From positions 1-64,000 of the forward strand of contig JBFLGF010000063.1 of assembly GCA_050230475.1 (NCBI GenBank): a DNA stretch of 64,000 nucleotides, in the 5' to 3' direction. Below, piece by piece: positions 36,347 through 50,600 of this stretch; the first letter of the stretch is position 1, and the number at the start of each line of letters is the position of its first letter. The position numbers and the translations under genes were made by a program. The notes below the pieces were generated by a model, which did not search any database, was not told the origin of the DNA, and saw only the letters and a list, made by a program, of their open reading frames with translations. This stretch comes from Ancylonema sp. Lineage: Eukaryota.

Positions 36347-38910
36347 ACCTGCTGCCAGCGCAATAGTTCCCCCAGTCATGCGAGCAATCTTGCTAGCAAT
36401 GCCAACACCAGCAGTTCTAGCAGCCCCAACGCCAGCAGCTGCCAACAACCCCGCGCACGTACACTTCCAGCCACAAGTTGTTGAGGTCCCCATCGATGCG
36501 ATTGAGCTGTCTGACATCCAGTCGGGGATCAACAATGCAGGAGGTGGAGACGGAGGGGAGGAGGTGGTGCAAGGAGGGGGTGCGAACCCAAGTGTGGGGG
36601 AGCCAGGCAACATAGCTGAGCGGGTGATGGCCAGGCGGAGGGCCAACTTTGCGCAGTATGGGGACATTTTGTGATGCGATGGGGAGGAGTTCGAGGACGA
36701 CGAGGCTCACGCCACCTATTCAACGACCGAGTGGGAGCCCGGCTATTTTTTCACTGGCTTCAACGGTCCTGTGGATCCTGGCTACGCTTGCGTCGCATCG
36801 TCCACCAACTCCTCCGAGCCGCTCACCCTCAACTATGCCATGAGGAGGCCAGACTAGGACCTGTGGGACAGAGCCATCATCGAAGAGCTTGCTGCCGTAA
36901 ATACGTTCAACACCTTCGAGGTGCGTGTTCTTCCTCCAGGTAAAAAGGTTGTGGGGTGTCGCTATGTTTTTAAGGTCAAAATCACACCTAAGGGGGATAT
37001 TGAAAGATATAAAGTCAGATTGGTCGCACAGGGATTCTTACAACAAGAAGGGATAGACTATCATGAAGTATTTTCACCAGTTATTGACGGTACATCTATC
37101 ACCCTACTCCTCGCTATAGCAAACCACTTTGACTGGGAATTGAAATAGATGGACGTGATCACAGCGTTCCTGCATGGACGTCTCGAACACGAAGTATATA
37201 TGAAAATACCACCGTGTATGTATATTGAGGGGGGTGCTGAGGGCAAGGTCTTGCGACTGAAGGGTGCTTTGTACGGACTGAAACAGAGTAGCCACGTCTG
37301 GCAGGAACTGTTCAAGAAATTCATGCTTGCTGAAGGGTTCAAACAGTGTGTCATGGATACCTGCATCTACATGAGGGGGGGAGGGAAACAACAGAATCAT
37401 ACTGGGCATTCATGTTGATGATCAAGTCATAACGGTCCAAACGCAATGGTGGTGAAAACATTTAAGGGGGACATGGGTAAAAAGTTCAAGGTCAAGGATC
37501 TGGTCCCCTAACCTATATCCTGGGGGTGGAAGTGAAAAGAGACAGACCACGAAGGCTGCCAACACTGGGACAGCCGGGCTTCTTGAGGGGGGTGCTTGAA
37601 CGGTACGGAATGGACGAGTGTAATCCAACTAAACTCCCACTCGCCCCTCGCACACAGTTTACGCACCATGATGAACCAAACCTTCCCCCTACCCCTGAAG
37701 AGATAACAGACTTTCGAGGAAAAGTGGGATATCTCATTTACACCATGAAGCACACTAGACTCGACATCGCTTATGCACTGGGGGTACTGGCTAAACACAT
37801 GAGTAATCCTGGGGTCGCGCACATAAGGGCTTTGCATCAGCGATTCAGATACTTGAAAGGGACTGTCAACCACGGACTGACGTTTGTGGGAAAAGACAGC
37901 TTTGAAATCAAGGGTTACTGCGATGCATCATGGAACAGCTGCAGCATGAAAGGGAAGTCAGTCACTGGATGGGTCACCACGGTGGGGGGGACAGCACTGA
38001 GTTGGAAGTCACAAAAACAGTCCACCATTGCACAAAGCACTATTGAGGCTGAATACATCGCTGCCTGTAGTGTATCTAAGGAATGTTGTTATCTAAAAGA
38101 CTCACTCCTGAAAGAACTCAAGTTTCCCAACCAAATCACTGTTCACATTGATTCCACAGCCCTCTCCATGATCCAAAACCCCGTGCAAAGACAAAAAGCA
38201 AAAAAAAATAACGTTGTGTACCACTGGGTCAGGGAATGCCACAACACTGGGAGACTGAGGTATGTGTACCTTGCAGGGGCAAATCAACCAGAAGATATGC
38301 TAACCAAGGCTCTCCCACAGGTTTTACTGGACAGACACAGCAAATGTCTAGGTTTTGGATGGCTGTAATGAACTGGGGGTGTCAATTTCTTTTCTTTTCT
38401 TTTATTCTGGGAGGTTTCAAATTCCATGCATGTAAGAAAGGGGTGTATTTTTTGTTTCTTTCATGCAGAATTACACTTGGGGAGGACACAACAACTTCAG
38501 CCCATCCAGCTAAGTCACACTCTTGCCTTAACACCTCCTGAAAACACTTAAGGACAGATCAGAAAATGCAGATCTGCTCAAGTTTAAAGTTATCAGTTTG
38601 CGTTGAATTTTGGAATGTAAGTTTTTATAAATGTTTCAAAACTTGTGTCAAAATTTAGTGCTGATCGGTTTTGTAGTTTTGAAGTTATGCTATTTTCACA
38701 TTTCCAGACTGTAAAGTAAAAAAATAAAAAGTTGAAAAAGTGAAAAAGTCAAAAAAAAAAAAATCTTAAGTTTTTTTTTTCCGCCTAACTTGGGGTGTTT
38801 GTTTGTTTGCTCAGGGCTTCGGCCCGAAAAACGACTAAGGTGCGGGAGCGATCGGCTGCAAAACTTCCGATCGGCTGAGTTTTTAGATAGGGCCCCCTAG
38901 CACGTTTGTT
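36347..38910 (+). mobile_element. Copia RT, RNase H and 3' UTR (right part of the outer element; no 3' LTR seen)
   Basis: KVRLVAQGFLQQEGIDY, MDVITAFLHG, ALYGLKQS, GYCDASW, WKSQKQ, AEYIA, DMLTKAL. The UTR is homologous to 35170-35775. Confidence 0.9.
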
Positions 38911-41900
38911 TGTATGACGTATCTACTACTCGCGGAAAGCTAATATGCACTCAACGCTTAGTGGTGGGAGGTCTAGAAACACCATTAAGGTTAATCAGGC
39001 GTTGCAAGTTATCGTACTTCACAACAGGTGACTGTCATGCCGCTAGAGATCGTTAGAAAGTAGAGTCTTTTTAATTGTCGATCCGCTTGAAAAATGGCAA
39101 TTTTGGTAATTGTCGATTTTTTAGTCGTTATATTGAACTCTGTTGTTATATGAGTTTCAATCAGTCAGATTTGATTTGATAATTTTGTTGTACTCAGTCA
39201 ATCTAGAAAAGTCGGTGTACCACTTTTTAGATTTTAATTCGGAGTATTTTGTCGTATCGACGAGTTAGTAGATTCCGTGTGCGCGGCGAGCTTTATCTGA
39301 GTCAGCTAGCCTGGCGTTTGAACCGCCACACGTGTTAAATCTAGAACTCTAGAATAGACAGTCAAGATTAGCTGTCTAGTCGATATTTGTTTTCTACCTT
39401 AGATCAAGATAAGATATAGATTACCGCGCGTGTGAAACGGCGCGTCGATTGTACTAAAGCCTAACCTAAGTTGCTTTCTGAACTGCCACGCTGTCAGTTT
39501 ACGCTGTCTGAATTTCAACAACTCTTCAATCGCCATCTCTGCAATCTCTATGAATTCGTGTAATCTGCAATCGTTATCAAGTGTGCCGTTTCGCCTTTGA
39601 TATTTTCTGTGAATTTGTGCAAACTTCACGTCGCTCCATCCAGCCGTAAGTTCTGTGAAATTGCCTGTTTGCTTGTGCGTGCTGTCGCATCTCAAGTAGT
39701 ACAAAAAGTCGTGTGCCGTTTTGCATACGCATCGTGTGAAATTCTGCCGTAGTCAGAATTATCGTTACCCTTGAGTCAGAATTATCGTTACCGTTGCAAA
39801 ATTGTCAACCGTTTTGCTGACGTCAGAAATCGTTACAATTAGCTGCACCGTTTCGTGCGAGCTCAGTCAGACAATTCACCCTTTGAATTGTCTGCACCCG
39901 TTCCAGTTTCAGTGAATCGTTTTATTCACGACAACGTGTTTGATTTCCGAAACCAATAGTGAGTGCGCATCTTGACGCAACCAACCATTCTGCACCCTTG
40001 TAGAAATTCTATAGCTATTTGCCTTGCGTTCTCTTTACTCGTAGCTGTCACTTGTTGTGAAGTACGATAACCTGCAACGCCTGATTAACCTTAGTGTTGT
40101 TTTTATACCTCCCACCACTAAGCGTTGAGTGCATCTTAGCTTTCGGCGAGTAGTAGCTACGGAAAAAATCGTTGATAAGTCACATACCGTGCTTGAATTA
40201 CATTCTTGTGTGGTCAGTAGGGATTCAACCTACACCCCAATCTACTCTAAGACTGACCAGCGAAGAGCTTCTTCACATTGAGGTCTGCAGTCTTCGACAG
40301 GTACGAAACCATGAAAAAAAAAATCCAACCCCGTGACCTATCACCCTTGGTTATTGTCAGCACCCTGGCTTTAGACATATACCATACGAATACTGGCATA
40401 GTAGTCACTGTCGATCCAAATCGACCGCAATCAATGAACAAAAATCTGGATTACCTCACCGATGTACTAGATTTTGGAATTCTAGTGTATGTAGTGGACA
40501 AGAGACCTATGAGACCTATCCAATCGTGTGATCAAGGTTTCATTAGACAGTCAGTTAAAATCTACTCTGGCGAATTTAGAACATTCAGAGTTAGACAACA
40601 ACCTACGTCACCTCGAAACCATTTTACCAATCACTCTATTTGACGAAGAACCTGTAGACGTTTTAGATGGACCTTCAGCAGAGGCTATCACAGGTACAAC
40701 ACCACTTGTAGTGATCCCGACAATACCCTTTAGTGTCACCTCGGAAAGTGTTTTTGACAACAGTATTGACGACATGTATGAACAAAAAGTACCTTTGTAT
40801 TCGGGAGAGGTCGGTGACAAACAAAGAAGAATTTGTGGATGCTCTGTGGTCATATTTTAGATACAAAACTTCTAACGAACGGAACGGACATGTTCTGTGG
40901 GACATCATCGAGTATGCACGGAAATTCACCAAGGGTATTGCACATGATGTCCGGGAGAAATTTCGTATAGACAATCTTGGTGACGCAACCCTTTTGACAG
41001 CTCGTGACACCTATCGTGAGAAGAACTCTGAAATGTACTACTAGAGAACACAGGGTAGATTCCTAACCACACCTATGGTTCGACCGACGCCTCTACTGGA
41101 TCTGAACCTGGAGAACTCACTCAATTCTGCAAAGAACTTCGCGACCGATTCCGACAGTCTATCAGTGAACAAATCACCAAAATCCAGAACTTCAAACCCT
41201 TTGTCAGCCATTGAGTCTGTTTCCTCTTTGTACAGCCGCTTCAAAGAACCTGGAGAGATCGTGGTAGAGCATAAGGCAATGACAACGGAACAAGTGGTCG
41301 TCAAATTGAAGAAACATCTACCGGACGGAGTTCGAGAATTGGTTGATATTTGGTATATCCAGGAAACCGAGAAGAAATTATATGAGACAACGCCGACACC
41401 ACCTATCTGCGTCGAGGATCTCATGTTTAAAGCTGATAGGTTTTAACTTACCCTCACCAAAGTTGGCTCTGAGTACCGAGCAGCAGGAGAGGTGGGACCT
41501 CAGCTCCAGTCGACATTTGGCGCGCTCAAGCTTAATCACGAGACTCCATCCACTTCCCTGCGTCACGTCAGTTTTTATGCAGATCTCCCGCGATATCGAC
41601 CTGACAAGCCGATTGAGTGTTACAATTGTCACCACCGGGGACAGTACTCTAGAGAATGTCCCTCACCCCGGAAAAATAAACCGTCGACAAATTCACCACT
41701 CTCGTCGACACGTCCTAACCCTTCACCATCGTCAGCCACGGCAATGGTACCATTTAAGGGTGGCAATTACGGGCAGTCACCAGAGAATCAAAAGAAGTTA
41801 CCACGGACACGACAATACGGAGAATCTGACTACACACAAGGGGCCCATTGCTCACACTGTGGGGGGGTTAACCACACCGTTGCACAATGCAAGAAAGCCA

Positions 41901-42840
41901 AGCGAGCCAGTCAAAATCTCACCATTCATGTTGATGCTTCACCCCGTGCAGGTGCAACCATAACCGAGTGGGATAGCCGTGAGCCACCAACTTCGTACAT
42001 GCATCGTCCCATCACCTCATCTCTGGCCTACCTTGAGAAACCAAGCGAAAGAAAGCACCAATCTCACCCCTAGTGAGACACACAAGGTACTTTACCCTAA
42101 TCTCCCGGCTCATTACATGATGGCACCACGTCGCTCACCCAGAGTTGCAGCCATTGTAGACAAGGAAGGACAGAAAAGGAACGAAGGAAAAGAGTGCTAG
42201 AGTCGTTGTCGATGTGAGTACACCTATGCATTCGGAAAATCAAGGCTCATCTAGTAACGGTGAAGAACAACGGACTAAGGAACGGTCTCCTTCACCTACT
42301 ATAAATCCAGACACTCCAATTTACCAAGATGCTCAGTCAAAACCAGGGGAGTACCCCACTCCTCATCCTGAAATATTGTTGAAAACCGTTGCTAGAGAAG
42401 AAGAAGATTATGGTCGACGATAGGGATACAACACCAAAATGCCTCATTCTTTCGAACCACATTTTCCTTTGCAATTGGAACCCGGTACTACTAGTTTGCA
42501 ACACATGAATGATTCAGATCTGCCACCACCCTTACCCTTGGCTAAAGCTCAGATTCACGATGATCGTCTTCATGAAATTTCGATGCAGCAACGAGCCATG
42601 GTTCAAGGAACGGAGTCAGCACTCCAAGAGGCAGCCGATCTGGTAAACTTCATGCAAGACCGTGCAAACGCCCGTACCACCAATCCCGTCTTCCTCAAAG
42701 ATTTAGCCCGTCTACCTGCTCACCACAACCGGCTGGCGAAACATTACGGCATCACCATGTTGCCTAACCGACGAGGTGTGCTCCTCGTAGGCGATGTGAA
42801 ACCTGTGGAGAATGTACTAGACACTGGTGCCAAAGAAACC
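38911..42840 (+). mobile_element. Gypsy-like element 5' part: putative LTR (38911-40202), PBS-like site, degenerate gag with zinc knuckles and protease
   Basis: TGTA...TACA ends followed by a tRNA-like ttgtgtggtcagtagggattcaacc. Contains CYNCHHRGQYSREC, CSHCGGVNHTVAQC and VLDTGA just before N 42841. Confidence 0.6.
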
Positions 42841-42841
42841 N

Positions 42842-43308
42842 AGAGTTGCATCGACTCCGCACGTCCCTTCCACACTACCGGCCGCGGCAATCGCTACGTG
42901 CTCGTCATGATCGAGCACTTCTCCAAGTGGGTCGAGCTGGTGCCTTGCGCTGACAAGTCAGCCGACACGGTCGCCTACGCCGTCCTCAACTCTAGGCTCA
43001 GCGAGCTAGGGGCTCCAGCTGAGGTGGTGTTTGACCAAGGGTTTGAGTTGAGGGGGGCCTTCAAGACTCTTCTCAACCAGTTCGGCATCGACCACAGGTT
43101 GGCTAGCAAGGAGCACCCTCAGGCTGACGGACTAGCTGAGCGCGTCGTCCAGACCATGAAGGCAAGTCTGCGCAAGTTTGTGTTGGAGCACTGTGCCACA
43201 GATTGGGACTTGGTGCTGCTCTACGTTGCCATGGGGTACAGGATGACCCAGCAGCGCGCCTTGGGGTACAACCACTACTTCATCCTCTTCGGGAGACATG
43301 TTTTGGTC
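42842..43308 (+). pseudogene. Gypsy integrase core fragment
   Basis: GNRYVLVMIEHFSKWVELVP, AEVVFDQG.E, HPQADGLAERVVQTMK, FILFGR. Confidence 0.88.
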
Positions 43309-43955
<647 letters not shown>

Positions 43956-45170
43956 AGATTAGTAGAGAGCGGAGGGATCGGTAGGGAATCGAATAATTTC
44001 CGGTTTCGCTATGGTTCCCCCCCCCCGTAAACTACACATAGGGGTGCCGAAGGGTGATTTGATAAGGAGCCCCCGAATCACATCATAACATCCAAAAGAT
44101 CAATGACTCGTAAGTACCAAATTGAAGTCCGGAAAGAGCACATACGAGTGGTATGTGCTCGTGTGGTATGAAAACACACTTATGAGACAAAACTAAGAAC
44201 GCGGTTGAGCATTTCTTAAAACCGACCAATGCCTTGCGTCTTCAATTTGTGTCACGTTAATCCTCCATTCGGGTAAATTGATGATGTAATTCATCAGCTG
44301 ATTGATTATGTGATCGATGCAACGTCCGAACTCAAAATAGGCTATGCATAGATCCATAGTTGGGTCCCGGACGAGCTGTCCGGGATTTGTCCCGAACGTG
44401 TCCGGGGCGTGTCCGGAGATCCCCGAACACGTCTGGAGCCAGGTAGAAAATAAAAACAAAATCATTAAAAACATATCATAGGCATTAACGTAGTCGATGT
44501 TAAGGTTCGTTTTTTGTGCGTAGGTCGCATCGTGAATGGTTTCATACCCTCCCACAATGGCGCATTACTACATCGATCGGTGTGATTCACACTCACCCTT
44601 CCTCTTTAATGAGTATACAATCGTGTCTCCTCCACTAGTCATTTTATTTTGGTTTCACATACTCATCAAAAAGTTAAACATAAACATAACACAAGCTGAA
44701 GAGGCAGCACTCTTGTCTCCTTTGTGTGTTAAATCAATCCAAGTTTTATTCTTTAACCTCTTTTGGTTGCAACTTTTACCTTAGCATTCAAGCTAGAAAA
44801 AAAACACGACCGATTCCTGTTGCTCGCTACTGTCTCCCCACAATTTTCCCTGTTGTCTACCACTGCCCTACCCCCTACCGAGTTCGACTGGGTTGGGCAC
44901 AAAATCAGTAGGACATTGGTAGGGGGTAGATACCAAGTAGCAACCCCCTACCGCGAGCTGAAAATGCGGTGCCACCAACCCTAGTAATGGTGGAATATTT
45001 GAGAGGAGGAAAGTGTGAGGGGTGGGGGGAGGGGGGACAGGATCACATTAGGCCTTCCTAATTTTTTGGGTGAAACGTTGTGAACATTTTGTTAGAAATA
45101 GCGTCAGGAAAAACACCTGCGCCGCTTGCAAGAAAATCGTGTCGCGCAATGCCGATTTTTTTTTTCCGTT

Positions 45171-46732
45171 CTATTTTTCTATTTTTCTATTTTTCTATTT
45201 TTCTATTTTTCTATTTTTCTATTTTTCTATTTTTCTATGTTTCTATTTTTCTATTTTTCTATTTTTCTATTTTTCTTTTTTTCTATTTTTCTATTTTTCT
45301 ATTTTTCTATTTTTCTATTTTTCTATTTTTCTATTTTTCTATTTTTCTATTTTTCTATTTTTCTATTTTTCTATTTTTCTATTTTTCTATTTTTCTATTT
45401 TTCTATTTTTCTATTTTTCTATTTTTCTATTTTTCTATTTTTCTATTTTTCTATTTTTCTATTTTTCTATTTTTCTATTTTTCTATTTTTCTATTTTTCT
45501 ATTTTTCTATTTTTCTATTTTTCTATTTTTCTATTTTTCTATTTTTCTATTTTTCTATTTTTCTATTTTTCTATTTTTCTATTTTTCTATTTTTCTATTT
45601 TTCTATTTTTCTATTTTTCTATTTTTCTATTTTTCTATTTTTCTATTTTTCTATTTTTCTATTTTTCTATTTTTCTATTTTTCTATTTTTCTATTTTTCT
45701 ATTTTTCTATTTTTCTATTTTTCTTTTTTTCTGTTTTTCTTTTTTTCTGTTTTTCTGTTTTTCTGTTTTTCTGTTTTTCTGTTTTTCTGTTTTTCTTTTT
45801 TTCTGTTTTTCTGTTTTTCTGTTTTTCTGTTTTTCTGTTTTTCTTTTTTTCTGTTTTTCTGTTTTTCTGTTTTTCTGTTTTTCTGTTTTTCTGTTTTTCT
45901 GTTTTTCTGTTTTTCTGTTTTTCTGTTTTTCTGTTTTTCTGTTTTTCTGTTTTTCTGTTTTTCTGTTTTTCTGTTTTTCTGTTTTTCTGTTTTTCTGTTT
46001 TTCTATTTTTCTGTTTTTCTATTTTTCTATTTTTCTATTTTTCTATTTTTCTATTTTTCTATTTTTCTATTTTTCTATTTTTCTATTTTTCTATTTTTCT
46101 ATTTTTCTATTTTTCTATTTTTCTTTTTTTCTGTTTTTCTTTTTTTCTGTTTTTCTGTTTTTCTGTTTTTCTGTTTTTCTGTTTTTCTGTTTTTCTTTTT
46201 TTCTGTTTTTCTGTTTTTCTGTTTTTCTGTTTTTCTGTTTTTCTGTTTTCCTGTTTTTCTGTTATTCTGTTTTTCTGTTTTTCTGTTTTTCTGTTTTTCT
46301 GTTTTTCTGTTTTTCTGTTTTTCTGTTTTTCTGTTTTTCTGTTTTTCTGTTTTTCTGTTTTTCTGTTTTTCTGTCTTCTTTGTTTTCTGTTTTTCTGTTT
46401 TTCTGTTTTTCTGTTTTTCTGTTTTTCTGTTTTTCTGTTTTTCTGTTTTTCTGTTTTTCTGTTTTTCTGTTTTCCTGTTTTTCTGTTTTTCTGTTTTTCT
46501 GTTTTCCTGTTTTTCTGTTATTCTGTTTTTCTGTTTTTCTGTTTTTCTGTTTTTCTGTTTTTCTGTTTTTCTGTTTTTCTGTTTTTCTGTTTTTCTGTTT
46601 TCCTGTTTTTCTGTTTTTCTGTTTTTCTGTTTTCCTGTTTTTCTGTTATTCTGTTTTTCTGTTTTTCTGTTTTTCTGTTTTTCTGTTTTTCTGTTTTTCT
46701 GTTTTTCTGTTTTTCTGTTTTTCTGTTTTTCT
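45171..46732. repeat. 8-bp tandem repeat (CTATTTTT/CTGTTTTT)n, about 1.56 kb
   Basis: Directly visible octamer array with alternating A-type and G-type blocks. Confidence 0.98.
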
Positions 46733-47643
46733 GGTTGGGCTCGATCCGATAGAAATATTTCCGATCCCATACCGATCGGATTCGATTCGGCGCCGTTATG
46801 GACTGGGGACGGGGATGGACCGGGCCCAAGTCTGATAACCGATTATAACCGATTATAACCTTGACCATCAAATTAAAACGGCAAACATAGAAGACATGCA
46901 TCTAGCATAAAGCAGTCACATCCTTCACAAAAAATGTTTACAAAAAAAACAAACATCCAATGCGTACAACGAACAGATTATGTCAAACAAATTTCGAATG
47001 GTACAAAAGGAATCCAAAGGTACAGGTAAGAAGCTTTAAAAGTAGTTGTACAATTATTGAACAATTTGTTAGTCCACATTGCCACTCCCCGGTTTTTATG
47101 TAGGAAGGAATGTCATATCGCCTTGTTCAAGTCAAGTGGTTCAAGGAAAACCGACTACAAGTCGTATAGTATGGGTCAAACAAAATCTTCCGACGTAATC
47201 ATCGAATATCGCGACAATGCCGACAATATCGCGACAATGCCGCCAATCATCACTCACTCCCCGCAGCTACTCCCACCCAAAAAATAATCAAATTTGTATG
47301 TTTTCTATCATTGCTCCACATTGCCTGCCTCCCCCGCCCCTCCCCCTCTCCTCCTCTGCTACCTTTGAGACAATGGAGGGAAGTCTTCCTCCTTCAATTC
47401 ATACTGCGACCCCGCACTGCATTCAAACAAACCACAGCCAGGTGTCAACAAACACCTTAAAGGGACGGTTATATTCCCTGAAACCACCACCCTTGTGTTG
47501 CCCATCACATACAAGCCCATCATACGTACACTCTTTAATATTGGTCGTTCTTCTCCTTACCTAGCTAGTTCCCCTGGTGGAGCCGCCTCTCCCTCCCCTG
47601 CCTGCTGCTCCTGGCCGTGATCCTCCGCCTCCCTTCTTCCCCC

Positions 47644-50600
47644 CTACTGCCGAGCCCCACCACTCCCTCTGCCCGCATGTCGATTTCCTGTTTCATCAAC
47701 ACCCGTCATCCCCCTTCCCCGCCCCATATCTCCTCCCTTCTCCCTCCTCCTTTCCCACTCTTGCCTTGTCCCTCCACCCCCACCATCCCCCCTCTCGCTT
47801 CGTCCCCTTTCAGTGGGTGTTGCTTCTGCAGATTGGTCCGCCACTTTCCCCTTCCTAGCCTTGCTGGACCCTGTGCCCCCCCCCCCTCCCCCCTCCCTAT
47901 CTGCTCTGCCGCCGTTGCCTGCAGCTGTGGCTACGACTTTTGCGGCCATGGTCAGATGAGGTGGAGGCACTACAGTCGCACCAGGGGGGGGGGTAGCAGG
48001 GGGGGGTGTAGGTGCTTCATGGGCCACCCCTGAAAGAGGATTTCTCTGAACGCCAGACTGCGTTGCTGGCAGGGTCACAGACGTGGGTCCCGCACTCACA
48101 CCCGGACGCTGAGGCTGCGGGTCACTTGGACCCTCCGTGGGAACGCCACCTGGCACACTCTCCTTTCCCCGCTCTCTATTCTCTCCCCTGCCTCCATCCC
48201 CGTTCTTCAGCGCGGAGGTGGATCCCCCCTCCTCCAACCTCCCGACCCCAGCCCGAGGTTGGGCATGTCGCGGTTCTACACTACCAGCATCCCTATTTCC
48301 ATTTCCAGTCTCGAGTGCAGCCTCCCCTCCCTCCTCCCACCTTCCCTCTTCTATCACTGCCTCCTTCCCACTTCCTCTATCTTCATGTCGTGCCCAACCG
48401 TCGCTGCCATTCGCCACCTTTCGTCCATCCTCCCATCCCCTCTCGTCTCCCCCCCTACCCCCCCCCGCCCCCACCCCCCGGTTCTTCACTTGCACCCCAC
48501 CCGGGTACACTCTTTCTGTCTTCAGACTTGAGTTTTTGTTCAGCACGGGGCGAGGGCGCTGCGTCCAATCGCCTCCACTCCCGACACGTTCTCTTTCTGT
48601 GACGTATGCACCTCCCCCACCCCTTCTGTCTGCGTTGTGCGGACCAGATTGCTGATTCGGCGCGGGGGGGGGAGGCATATGCATTTTGCTGTTTCGCTGC
48701 TGCCATGAAAAAGGTTGAGAATAGAGATAAGTGCAAAGCAGATAACCTGCCATCTACTTCGGGATTGAATTCCCCCACGTTTAGGTTTTGAGTTTTCATC
48801 TCAGAAAAAGGGTTGTTCGGGTGTTGAGAGGAAGAGCCGGTATCTTCACAGGCTGCAGAGGCTGTCCTAGGTGACTTGAAAAGTGCACTGTGGGTTGCAA
48901 ACCCCACAGGTTTTTTTTTTTTTTAATCCTTTCTTTCTTTCTTTTACATGAGAACTTCGATCAGATAATCCTATATGAAATTTCAAACCTTTTTGCTTGA
49001 CTTTTTTTTTCAAGCTACCACTTTTTCCCAATCTTGATATTTGTAATGTCCTCGCCCCAAGTGATGCAACCCAGACAGCACAGACACAACAGATGGGCAG
49101 AACATTTACACCCCCCCTCCCCCCTCCATTCCCAATACTTACCTGTCCATACTGGCCGGGATTGAACCCATTCCCATGGTTCCAAAAAAATTGAATGCCG
49201 CCCCCTGGAGGCCCATAAGAAGCAGGATTGGGTTGAAATCCCCCAGGACCGCTGCCAGACCTCCCCGCTGGCACTCCTTCCCAACTCATGTCCTCCCCCC
49301 TCTGCCTCCCAATGCCAGGTGGCAGATTCCCATTGGGCGGCATGGCGAAGCTCTTCGCCCCTGAATCTGGGCGCACAGCAGTGGCATTGGGCGGGCCACG
49401 GGGACCCCCCTGCAGACTGAGGGATAGCCCTCCAGAGCCCCCTCCCCCACCTGGATTCCCCCCTTCATGCCAGAGCCGCCCGTTCCCCTGGAAGGCGGCG
49501 GAAGGGGGGGGGGGGGGGTTCTGGGCGCCAATAGCCTGACAGGAGAGGCCGTGATGAAGGTTAATCACATAGGCCTCAAATTCCCCACTCAGGATGTCGG
49601 GGTCGGGTGGAGATCCGGGCTGACTTGAGCTCTGGCTGCTGCTCCTGCTCCTGCCACCCCGATTCGGCAAACCACCGGTCTCCACTCTCCTCACCCGGCC
49701 CTCCAACATCTCCCCTCCCCCTTGGTCAAACCCGTGGCTGGAGTAGATGGGCATGTGGGGGGGAGGCAGAGATCCGAAGGGGCTCTGTAGCATCACCCAT
49801 GGCTTCTGGGCGCCGGTAGGCGGGAAGCTGGCCGGAGCCATACCCATAAACCCCGGACCAGGGTTGGAGGGGGGCAGAAACGCTGCCACGTGGTCCACCC
49901 CGTTGTGGCGTAGCATGTGGTACGGGCCGTTGCCGTACATGACAGGTGGCGGGACCACGGGGGAGGAGCCGCGAGGTACATCTCTGCCAGCTGGCCGACC
50001 TATAACTTGGGTTGGCACAGTGACCACTTTGGGAGTGGTGGCGTTTGGGGGGGGTGGGACCACCACTGAGGGAGGCACGATGGGGAGAAGGACGGGAGGC
50101 ATGCTTGTGTGGGAGACTGGAACAGGGACAGACTGTGGCAATCTACCGTTGGTTGAGGCCAGCCACTGCAACTTCTTGGAATCTTCCACCCCGCCTCGCC
50201 CTTCCCCCCCACCCACTCCAGAACCTATCTCAGGGAATCCCCCTTCCCTCCCCCTTTCTGCAGGCCCCCTACCCTGCTTCGCTTCGTCTCTAGATGGCTC
50301 CACCTGTCCGATCCTCATTGGCTGCCCCGGAATGAGAGGGGCTGTCGGCAGAAAAGGCACGGGCACAACGCGGATGGGTAAACCTGGGGGCGGAATTTCG
50401 ATGGCAGACAGGACAGAAGTATCATGGATGGCCGCCAGCTTGCCCTTGTTCAACCTTTTCTCTTCCCCTAACCTCTCCTGCGCCTCCTGTTCTAGGGTTT
50501 CGGGTTGAGCAGCGGGAATTCGCACCAAACCGGAGGAAAGGGAAATGGGAATGGGAAGACCAAGTGGCATGCCAGGAGTGGTGTATACTCCTGGAAGGAA

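Noticed and set aside
45070..46901. ORFs of up to about 590 aa rich in F/S/Y/C or K/E/Q/N
   Set aside because: Translations of the stop-free octamer satellite in several frames.
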